Assembly (NCBI GenBank): GCA_017458545.1
Contig: JAFTBA010000278.1
Location: forward strand, 1-24,625
DNA from: Synergistaceae bacterium
GTDB lineage: Bacteria; Synergistota; Synergistia; Synergistales; Aminobacteriaceae
DNA length: 24,625 bases
Reading direction: 5' to 3'
Positions 17,334 through 24,625 of this stretch are shown here, in pieces. Each line of letters opens with the position of its first letter. The first letter of the stretch is position 1. The translations under genes and the position numbers were made by a program. The notes under the pieces were generated by a model. It saw only the letters and a list, made by a program, of their open reading frames with translations. It was not told where the DNA came from and did not search any database.

Positions 17334-18484
17334 TGTGTTAAGGCTGTCGCAGAATATTTGCGTGTCATCTGGTTAGTGAGTTTGTCAACAAGCTCCTGAG
17401 CCGTAGGAAGATTAGTACCCCCCTCGTAAGTCTCGCTGACATTCAGAACAGTTACATGAAGGAACTCTTCAAACGTTGCGCATAATGAGTTGACAATTAG
17501 CGTAAGCCTTTCGATTATGCCGTCAACCATCTGATAAGGGCATTCCGAGAGTACACCGATAATCTGAAACTCTCCTGCCTGTATAACCGTATCGGTCTGC
17601 CTTATATCTTTCCTTACGCTCTCACAGTAAGCCCTGAAAGGTCTGACATATCTGCCCATGTCATCATCGGGCAGCAGTTGAGGGAATACAAGCCTTATCA
17701 TGAACGCGCTCACAGGATGGTTATATCTTCCTGCCCTGTATAACTCATCGGCAATCCTCGCCATTCCGTAACGGTATGAATGAAGCTGCGTATCAGGATC
17801 TGTGAACTCAGCTGCTTCACTGTTACCGGCTCTTGAAGTTGCCTCAGCATTCTCTATAGGCAGTCCTTTGGGGTTAAGCTCGAAATAGAATCTTTTCCCG
17901 TCAGCTATACTCTTGCGTTCAATGTCCCAGATTTTACCGTTAATTTCAGCAGTTGTTGATACGGGACTGAACCAGTCGCTTATATTTTTGCCGACAGAGT
18001 CCATTCTTGAAATGTCGAGAACATCAAGCATGTTTTCAGTGAGATTCATTATTGCCCCTGTGTTGTCGGTAATTACGAAGTTTAACGGTAACTGTTTAAC
18101 GTCATCGGCAATTTCAACGGGGACAATTTTATTGCGTTCGTTCTCTTCCTGATTGTAAGCGACCAGTAAGGCAGCAGCACCGCATACGGCAATTATCACG
18201 CCGAGCCACTGAAACATTCTTGCTCCGTAAGTGATGGCCATAGGGCATAACAGTACACCCTGAGCCAATGCCTGAAGCGATATTAACCCTACATTGAAAC
18301 CGTGAATGATAAACAGGCCGTAGAGAATGCTCATGATGATGAACAGCAGCCATACTAATCCCCATACGGCCAAGTCAACTTCACCGACAACGCTGCCCGT
18401 ACCCATTGCGCGCGCAAGCATTATGGTTAAGATTGCTACAACGGGAGGGATAGTTATCCATTTGAGAAAGTTGTTCTGTCCCAT
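17330..18484 (-). CDS. Membrane protein with 4 TM, PAS-like domain and degenerate GGDEF domain retaining RxxD
   Basis: Four hydrophobic segments (aa ~9-110). PAS-like LPLNFVITDNTGAI...VGKNISDWF. GGDEF-like start TDPDTQLHS...ELYRAGRYNHPVSAFMI, then IRQTDTVIQAGEFQ. Confidence 0.72.
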   Translation of the reverse strand: MGQNNFLKWITIPPVVAILTIMLARAMGTGSVVGEVDLAVWGLVWLLFIIMSILYGLFIIHGFNVGLISLQALAQGVLLCPMAITYGARMFQWLGVIIAVCGAAALLVAYNQEENERNKIVPVEIADDVKQLPLNFVITDNTGAIMNLTENMLDVLDISRMDSVGKNISDWFSPVSTTAEINGKIWDIERKSIADGKRFYFELNPKGLPIENAEATSRAGNSEAAEFTDPDTQLHSYRYGMARIADELYRAGRYNHPVSAFMIRLVFPQLLPDDDMGRYVRPFRAYCESVRKDIRQTDTVIQAGEFQIIGVLSECPYQMVDGIIERLTLIVNSLCATFEEFLHVTVLNVSETYEGGTNLPTAQELVDKLTNQMTRKYSATALTQ

Positions 18485-20079
18485 TATCTGTATAACAGCT
18501 CCTCACCGGAAGGATAGCTCAGTGTATAGTCAACAATTATCGGTACAGTTGCGCCTGAAGGAACAGTGATTTCCCAAGTGAGTCTGTTTTCCTTGTCGCG
18601 TTCTTTTTCTTTAGGGTCAATTCTTTTGACATCGAGTTTGATTTTCTCGTCAGTCGGTATCGGGAGTCTGTCCCTTACTTTAATGACCTGTTCAAATTTA
18701 GTGCCGTTAGTGATTTCGAGTCTGTAACCGCTGGTAAAAACTCCGCTGAACCATGAGACACCTGTTTTCTCAATGAGTGCTTCTTTTTTGACTGTTATCT
18801 GTTCAGCGTAACCGAACGGGATTCTTTTCTGGTTCTGATTTTTGCCGTATTCATCGAGATAAATTTTCCCTGACGAATGACCGTCAACCATAAGTTCAGC
18901 TTCACCGGGTATTAAATGTTCGTTTCCTTCGTCCATGCTTGCGACTATCCAGGCGTTGTTGCGCTGTTCGGGGATGAGAGTGAGTTCGAGTTTACCTGCG
19001 AGAATCATTTTGCCCGCAGTAATCTCAAAATCCCTGTCAGTTCCATCGCCGGGTAATTCGCCCTTAATTTCGAGCGTTCTGTCTGCAAGAGTCTCTTTAA
19101 CTTCGGGAACTGCAGGAGCTTCATCAAAATCTTCGAGTGCAGTGTCTTCGTCAGCTTTCAACATTTCCATAGGTGCTGCAGCTCTTGCTGACTCGTACAT
19201 TCTGTTAGTCCTCATGAGTCTTACGCCTGAACCTCTTGCAAGCACTTCAGCTTTAGGTTTAATGCTGACCCTTAACGGGTTAAGTTCGGGGGCAGTAACG
19301 CGTTCATCAGGAGTTTTTGTGTGAAGGGTCATTTTACCGTTGTAATCGAGTCCTGTTTTCTGCGATGCCCTGATAAACATTGAGGCTTCAATGTTGCCTG
19401 TCTCCGATGAAAGGTTAAGGGCATATCTTGGTTTCCATGATGCTGCGTTTGTGAACGCTTCGATGTACATAGTGCCGTTAGCTTTTCCGGTAACAAGAAT
19501 GAAATTTGTTGAGCCTCTCGGAGATTTGCCCTGCATTTCGGAGTTAAGCATTTTGAGTTTCTCCTGTTCCTCAGTGAGTATTACTTTGAGCGATGAGAGT
19601 TCGTCTTCAGTTTCCTGACGGAGTGCCTGAGCTTTCATGATGTAGGTCAATAATTCTTCGGGCTTTGATTTGTCTGGCTCTGAGTCATTGAGGAGTGAGA
19701 GCGTTTGTTCGAGAGCTGCTTTCTTTGAGTTGAGACTGCTGACTGTTTTTGACTGTGCTTCAATCTGAAGCCTCAAAGGTTCGAGCTGTGAGGGAGTCCA
19801 TTTAGTTCTGGGGTGAACTGAGGTGTGAATGTCACCGTAAAGGTTTTCGGGGTTTAACGGACGGATTGATTCAGCGTTGAATGAGCCGGGTATTACCAGT
19901 GAGAATGTACCGTCATTGTTCTGAGGTTCGACAGTGAAAGTGAATTTTGCGCCTGACGGGAAGAAGTCGACTGCTGAAATACTGTCCGAATAATTTTCGG
20001 GTACTTCGAGTGCTAATGAGCTGTCAGAACCCCAATGAACTGCAAGAACCAACGATAAGATAAAAATTACTGTCTTCAT
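18484..20079 (-). CDS. DUF4139/DUF4140 (MuiA-like) exported protein
   Basis: Signal peptide from MKTVIF (ATG 20079, AAGGAG RBS; ORF track start 20118 is probably too early). VDFFPSGAKF, coiled coil, ASWKPRY, LIPGEAELMVDG, VRDRLPI, LTWEI. Confidence 0.8.
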   Translation of the reverse strand: MKTVIFILSLVLAVHWGSDSSLALEVPENYSDSISAVDFFPSGAKFTFTVEPQNNDGTFSLVIPGSFNAESIRPLNPENLYGDIHTSVHPRTKWTPSQLEPLRLQIEAQSKTVSSLNSKKAALEQTLSLLNDSEPDKSKPEELLTYIMKAQALRQETEDELSSLKVILTEEQEKLKMLNSEMQGKSPRGSTNFILVTGKANGTMYIEAFTNAASWKPRYALNLSSETGNIEASMFIRASQKTGLDYNGKMTLHTKTPDERVTAPELNPLRVSIKPKAEVLARGSGVRLMRTNRMYESARAAAPMEMLKADEDTALEDFDEAPAVPEVKETLADRTLEIKGELPGDGTDRDFEITAGKMILAGKLELTLIPEQRNNAWIVASMDEGNEHLIPGEAELMVDGHSSGKIYLDEYGKNQNQKRIPFGYAEQITVKKEALIEKTGVSWFSGVFTSGYRLEITNGTKFEQVIKVRDRLPIPTDEKIKLDVKRIDPKEKERDKENRLTWEITVPSGATVPIIVDYTLSYPSGEELLYR

Positions 20080-20442
20080 TAGGAAGATAACTCCTTTCAA
20101 AAATTTTGCGTAATACATCGATTAAATTAAACGAGTATTCCCAGTGAGTTTTAACAGCTATTATAATGTATTCATGAAAAATATTTTGCACCTGTTTTTC
20201 TGAATGGTGTGAAAGTTTTTTCGATGTCATTTTCAGGCAGAGTGAAAATAAAAGCATTATTGGTGTAAAATTAATGCGATAAAAATTTTAAGAGGCGAAA
20301 GAATTTTATAACCGTGTGCCTTTTAAGGATGATTGGCTGACGGATTTTTTCTCCATTTTTCCAGCCTCGCAGAATATCAATTAAAATTAAAACTAATTAA
20401 GAACATCGACGGAGCGAAATTATTAAATCGGGAGGCCTATGT
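20080..20442. promoter_or_regulatory. AT-rich divergent promoter region between the envelope operon and the flagellar operon
   Basis: The only long non-coding interval between divergent operons. TATAAT on both strands at 20160-20167 with no matching -35. RBS GGAGG at 20431. Confidence 0.6.
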
Positions 20443-20787
20443 ATGACGGAGCGTCTGTTAATAGATTTTTCACAGGTATACGGACAGAACAGAACTGACA
20501 AAACCGCTAAGAGTGTTTACAGTACTTACGCTGGTACTCAAGTAACTAAAGATAAAGAAACTCCGAATGTATCATTTGAAGAAATGCTCTCGGACTCCAT
20601 CAGGAAAGTAAATTCCCTCCAGCTCGAAGCTGATAAGAAAATCCGTGATTTAGCCATAGGAGATGCTGAGGATATTTCCGAAGTAGTGTTGGCATCATCA
20701 AGAGCAGATACAGCTTTAAGGCTTGTCATGGAAATACGTAACAAGTTTCTTGATGCCTATCAGGCATTGTCGCGCATAACAGGCTGA
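20443..20787 (+). CDS. fliE: Flagellar hook-basal body protein FliE
   Basis: SFEEMLSDSIRKVNSLQ, GDAEDISEVVLASSRA, EIRNKFLDAYQ; GGAGG RBS. Confidence 0.93.
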   Translation: MTERLLIDFSQVYGQNRTDKTAKSVYSTYAGTQVTKDKETPNVSFEEMLSDSIRKVNSLQLEADKKIRDLAIGDAEDISEVVLASSRADTALRLVMEIRNKFLDAYQALSRITG

Positions 20788-20795
20788 TTTAGAAA

Positions 20796-22373
20796 ATGGA
20801 CAGTTTAAGACGCTGGTTCGCCTCGTTCCTTAACTTTTGGGCATCTCTCAAACTCTGGCAGAGAGCGTCAATAATTTTTGCTGTTCTGCTTGTACTGGGA
20901 GGTCTCGGGGCGTTAATCTTCATGACCGGCAACACAACCTATGAACCTCTTTATGCCGGCCTTGAAGTGTCAGATCAGGCTGCAATAGTTGATTACCTCA
21001 AGGAAAATAATTTGCCTTACAGGTTAGACCCAAGTTCGAGCGCGATACTTATGCCCGGAGGAGCAATTTATGAGACACGTTTAACGCTTGCTCAAATGGG
21101 ACTGCCTAAGGGCGGTACTAAAGGTTTCGAGATTTTTGACGATTCAGCAATGGGAATGAGCGAGTTCCAGCAGAGAATAGCTTACACGCGTGCAATAGAG
21201 GGTGAATTGGCTCGTACAATTTCGCAAATGTCTCAGGTAGATAACGCCCGTGTCAGTGTAGTTATCCCTGAACAAAGACTTTTTCTTGAGCAGCAGAAAC
21301 CTTCAACGGCTTCAGTACTTTTGAGGCTGAGACCCGGAGCAACTATAGGACCGACTCAGGTCAAGTCAATAATTCACTTAGTGGCACATTCAGTTGACGG
21401 CTTAGAGCCTGATGCAGTTACCGTTGTCGATACCAACGGGAGAATTTTATCTGACATGGTTTCGGACAGCATGATTATGTACAATCCTGACGGCACTAAC
21501 TCAGTTACATCTGTACAGCGCGAACTTGAACGCCAGCATGAACGCGAACTCGAAAACAAAGTGCGCGTTATGCTCGAACAGGTTTACGGGCCCGGTACTG
21601 CTGTCGTAAGAGTGAGGATAGATTTGGACTTCGACAAACGCACGAACTCATACGTCGAGTACTCACCCAACCCTGAAACAGGTACAGGAGTTCCGAGAAG
21701 CAATGAGCGTCAGGAAGAGAGTTACACCGGTCAGGGCAACCCCGTTAACGGCAACCCGGGCACAACGACTAACATACCAGGTTACGCGATAAACTCTACG
21801 CAGGTTCAGAGCGAGTATAACAACTCAAAGGCGACGACTAACTACGAGATTACGACAAGGAAAGGCGATCAGGTAGTTACGCCCGGAGGAGTGAGGAGAT
21901 TATCGGCGTCGGTATTGATAGACGACAAATATAACGAGATTAACGAGGAGAGGCTCGAAGCGTTACAGGAGGTTATCTCGTCTGCAATAGGTTTCAACAA
22001 GGACAGGGGAGACAGTTTAGTAGTGAGGGCGATGAGATTCTCAACGGCATTCGCAGACTCAATGGCAGAACAGATGAGACAGGAACGTATGTGGAAAATG
22101 ATTTACGGTTCTGTAGCTGCCGCTATAGTTCTGTTAATAGTTCTGGGAGCACTCTATGCCTGGATTAGAATGAAGCGTGCAAGATTAGCAGTTGAGGAGA
22201 TAGAAGCAGAAGGAAGGAAAGTACCTACGATACAGGAGATGTTGACCTCGCCTGATTTGTTAGCGTTTCAGGGTGAAATGGCAGTGCTTGAGGAACAGCT
22301 CAAGGCATACGCTAAGAGTCATCCCGATGAGATTGCGACTCTCGTCAACGAATGGCTGTCTATGGACAGTTAA
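20796..22373 (+). CDS. fliF: Flagellar M-ring protein FliF
   Basis: GLPKGGTKGFEIFD, SEFQQRIAYTRAIEGELARTI, ARVSVVIPE, PSTASVLL, VTVVD, two TM segments. Confidence 0.95.
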   Translation: MDSLRRWFASFLNFWASLKLWQRASIIFAVLLVLGGLGALIFMTGNTTYEPLYAGLEVSDQAAIVDYLKENNLPYRLDPSSSAILMPGGAIYETRLTLAQMGLPKGGTKGFEIFDDSAMGMSEFQQRIAYTRAIEGELARTISQMSQVDNARVSVVIPEQRLFLEQQKPSTASVLLRLRPGATIGPTQVKSIIHLVAHSVDGLEPDAVTVVDTNGRILSDMVSDSMIMYNPDGTNSVTSVQRELERQHERELENKVRVMLEQVYGPGTAVVRVRIDLDFDKRTNSYVEYSPNPETGTGVPRSNERQEESYTGQGNPVNGNPGTTTNIPGYAINSTQVQSEYNNSKATTNYEITTRKGDQVVTPGGVRRLSASVLIDDKYNEINEERLEALQEVISSAIGFNKDRGDSLVVRAMRFSTAFADSMAEQMRQERMWKMIYGSVAAAIVLLIVLGALYAWIRMKRARLAVEEIEAEGRKVPTIQEMLTSPDLLAFQGEMAVLEEQLKAYAKSHPDEIATLVNEWLSMDS

Positions 22374-22388
22374 ACTGAAATTTCTATG

Positions 22389-22419
22389 CTCCCTGAGATG
22401 TTGCAGGGAGAATTTTTTT
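22389..22419 (+). terminator. Terminator-like hairpin between fliF and fliG
   Basis: CTCCCTG-AGATGTTG-CAGGGAG perfect 7-bp stem followed by AA and T7. Confidence 0.55.
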
Positions 22420-22443
22420 CTGAAGGAGTTGAGGTAAAAAAAA

Positions 22444-23475
22444 ATGCCCCCTAAGGATAAGAAAGATGACAGCAAAAGAGGTTTAACGGGCCGTGAGAAA
22501 ATAGCGGTCTTAATGGTCTCATTAGGAAGCGAAATAGCTCCCGAAGTCTACAAAAAACTTGACGATTCAACAATAGAGTTAATCACTCTCGAAATAGCAA
22601 ATCTCAGAAAGGTTACGCCTGACGTAAAACTCACAGTATTAAAAGAGGCTCAGGAGATTTTAATGGCACGTGAGTTTATGGCGCGCGGAGGTGTTGAATA
22701 TGCACGTGACGTATTGGAGAAAGCTCTCGGACCTGAGAGGGCGCAAACATTATTGGCGAGGATTACGGCGAGCCTGCAGGTTAAGCCGTTCGATTTCATG
22801 AGACATACAGACGCAGGGCAGATACTCGGTTTTATACAGAACGAACACCCTCAGACAATAGCATTAATACTCTCATACTTAGAGCCTACTCAGGCTGCAA
22901 TGATTCTCAGCGGTCTTAATCCTGTACTTCAGGCCGATGTTACAAAGCGTATAGCTAACATGGACAGGATAACGCCGGAAGTATTGAGGGAGGTTGAAAG
23001 GGTGTTGGAACGCAAATTAAGCACAGTAATGGGTCAGGACTTCACCGTTGCAGGAGGTATTGACGCAGTTGTAGCTATCGTCAACAGTACTGACAGGGCA
23101 ACAGAACGCAACATCATGGAGTACTTAGAGGAGAATGATCCCGAACTGGCAGAGGAAATTAAGAAGAGGCTTTTTGTGTTCGAGGACTCAATGCGGCTTG
23201 ATGACAGGTCGTTACAGAGAGTATTACGTGAAGTTGATATGAAGGAACTCAGCCTTGCGCTTAAAGGTGCAACAGAGGACCTCAAAACGAAATACCTCAA
23301 GAACATGTCGAAACGTGCTGCCGAAATGTTACAGGAGGATATGGACTTTATGGGGCCTGTACGTGTCAAGGATGTTGAGGAGGCCCAGCAGAAAGTAGTT
23401 AATATAATTCGCGGACTCGAGGAACAGGGCGAAATAGTAATTGCATCGGGCGGAGGAGACGATATGATTGTCTAA
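22444..23475 (+). CDS. fliG: Flagellar motor switch protein FliG
   Basis: LTGREKIAVL, EHPQTIALILSYL, GGIDAVV, LFVFED, MSKRAAEM, GPVRVKDVEEAQ. Confidence 0.97.
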   Translation: MPPKDKKDDSKRGLTGREKIAVLMVSLGSEIAPEVYKKLDDSTIELITLEIANLRKVTPDVKLTVLKEAQEILMAREFMARGGVEYARDVLEKALGPERAQTLLARITASLQVKPFDFMRHTDAGQILGFIQNEHPQTIALILSYLEPTQAAMILSGLNPVLQADVTKRIANMDRITPEVLREVERVLERKLSTVMGQDFTVAGGIDAVVAIVNSTDRATERNIMEYLEENDPELAEEIKKRLFVFEDSMRLDDRSLQRVLREVDMKELSLALKGATEDLKTKYLKNMSKRAAEMLQEDMDFMGPVRVKDVEEAQQKVVNIIRGLEEQGEIVIASGGGDDMIV

Positions 23476-24424
23476 CGGTCTTGCACATCAGAGGGTTCTC
23501 AGGACAGTAAGGTTGTTGCCGCAGGCCGTTAAAATAGGAATCCTTGAGAGTGAAATCAAACAGTCAGGGGCGAAACCTCAAGACCCTAAATCAGCCCGTC
23601 CTGACCCAATAAAATCTCAGCCTCCTCAGCCCAAAGCTGAGCCGTCAAAAGTTCAGGTTAAAATGCCTCCTCCTAATGCGCGCGAAATTGAAGAGCTTTC
23701 GGCAAAGGTTAAGGAACTTACTGCAAGGCTGAGTGATGCTGAAGTTGAGAACGCAGAACTGTCAGAGGCGAAATCAAAACTTGAGGGCGAAATCGGCGGC
23801 ATAAAATCCGACTACGAACGCAGGCGCAAGCAGTTAGAGGACGAGGCCAAGAACAATGCTGACAGGATAGCTGAAAAGGCGCGTACTCAAGCGATGAGTG
23901 AAGGACAGGTTAAGGGTTACGAGGAAGGCTTGAAGAAAGCGAGAACGGAAGTTGAGCAGGAATATTTCGAGAAGTTTTCCGAACTTGCAGGAGTTATTGA
24001 CGGAGTAGGGAAGAAACTCGAAGCAGATTTTGCCGAACTAGTCAAACTTAATCAGCCCCGTTTAATCAGAGTATGGACTGAGATGTTGCGCCGAATGTTA
24101 CACAGACAGGTTGAATTGAACCCTGACACTATTGATTCAGTGCTTGCCGAACTGTTATCGCGTTTGAGCGACAAGAACCAAATATTGATATACGTTTCGC
24201 CCGATGATATTAAACACGTTGAGGCAAATGTAGATACTAAGTTCCGCGAGGCATTAAGGGGTGTCAAAAAGTTAGAGCTAAAATCAGACCCTAACATTGA
24301 GAACGGAAGCTGCATAGTTGAGACTGGACTGGGAGTTTACGACGCAAGATGGAAGACTCAAATGGGACAGGTAGAGGCAGTAGTTGATGAGGTGTTCCAG
24401 CAGTCGGCAAAAGAGGACAAGTAA
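23468..24424 (+). CDS. fliH: Flagellar assembly protein FliH
   Basis: Coiled coil with AxxxG(xxxG) repeats (AMSEGQVKGYEEG), IYVSPDD, DPNIENGSCIVET; lies between fliG and fliI. Confidence 0.88.
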   Translation: MSNGLAHQRVLRTVRLLPQAVKIGILESEIKQSGAKPQDPKSARPDPIKSQPPQPKAEPSKVQVKMPPPNAREIEELSAKVKELTARLSDAEVENAELSEAKSKLEGEIGGIKSDYERRRKQLEDEAKNNADRIAEKARTQAMSEGQVKGYEEGLKKARTEVEQEYFEKFSELAGVIDGVGKKLEADFAELVKLNQPRLIRVWTEMLRRMLHRQVELNPDTIDSVLAELLSRLSDKNQILIYVSPDDIKHVEANVDTKFREALRGVKKLELKSDPNIENGSCIVETGLGVYDARWKTQMGQVEAVVDEVFQQSAKEDK

Positions 24425-24427
24425 ATC

Positions 24428-24625
24428 ATGAATGACGTTGAAGATGTAGATTTGTTTCAGTTATTTGCGGTAGACCTTCTGCAAAAACCTTTGGTGAAAA
24501 TCAACGGAAGAATAGTTCAGGTTGTCGGCCTCGTAGCCGAGTCGCAAGGTCCTGACGTGAGAGTAGGGGATTTATGCCATATTTGCTTTCGTGACGGTTC
24601 TCATGAACTTGACGCTGAAGTAGTA
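24428..24625 (+). CDS. fliI: Flagellar export ATPase FliI (N-terminus only, runs off the window; not in the ORF track)
   Basis: Translated by hand: MNDVEDVDLFQLFAVDLLQKPLVKINGRIVQVVGLVAESQGPDVRVGDLCHICFRDGSHELDAEVV, matching the FliI/F1-beta N-terminal barrel pattern. Confidence 0.88.
   Translation, partial: MNDVEDVDLFQLFAVDLLQKPLVKINGRIVQVVGLVAESQGPDVRVGDLCHICFRDGSHELDAEVV

Noticed and set aside
20256-20282. TGCGATAA as a sigma28 -10 element for the flagellar operon
   Set aside because: There is no TAAA -35 at the 15-nt spacing. No sigma54 TGGCAC-N5-TTGC match was found either.
23540-23680. Pro/Lys/Gln-rich stretch in FliH as a repeat element
   Set aside because: It is a low-complexity linker with no exact DNA repeat unit, and variable N-terminal linkers are common in FliH.
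1-24625. CRISPR arrays, tRNA/rRNA genes, IS elements or prophage genes
   Set aside because: No regularly spaced repeats, RNA-gene signatures, transposase or integrase ORFs were seen, and non-coding gaps are few and short.

Overview
Gene-dense window from a flagellated, LPS-producing (diderm) peptide/amino-acid-using bacterium. The gene content is consistent with Synergistota (inference only). Plus strand, left to right: oppB(partial)-oppC-oppD-oppF-oppA, a collapsed TIR-Sel1 gene remnant, and a polar amino-acid ABC transporter. Minus strand: a Ni/Co ECF operon (DUF4198, NikL/CbiL-like, cbiM, cbiQ, cbiO), then a tightly coupled seven-gene envelope operon: DUF4139 protein, 4TM-PAS-degenerate GGDEF protein, lptF/G, lpxI, two unusual transporter paralogs, lpxB. 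A divergent flagellar operon (fliE-F-G-H-fliI partial) closes the window. The standout is the tandem pair between lpxI and lpxB. Each fuses a degenerate RsbW/SpoIIAB-like HATPase fold to a DAACS (GltPh-like) symporter with rewritten Na+ and substrate sites, and both carry Lys at the NMDGT Met position. The same operon encodes a degenerate GGDEF protein with an intact RxxD site, a candidate c-di-GMP receptor. No rRNA, tRNA, CRISPR array or intact mobile element was seen. Family assignments come from motif recognition by eye, not database searches.
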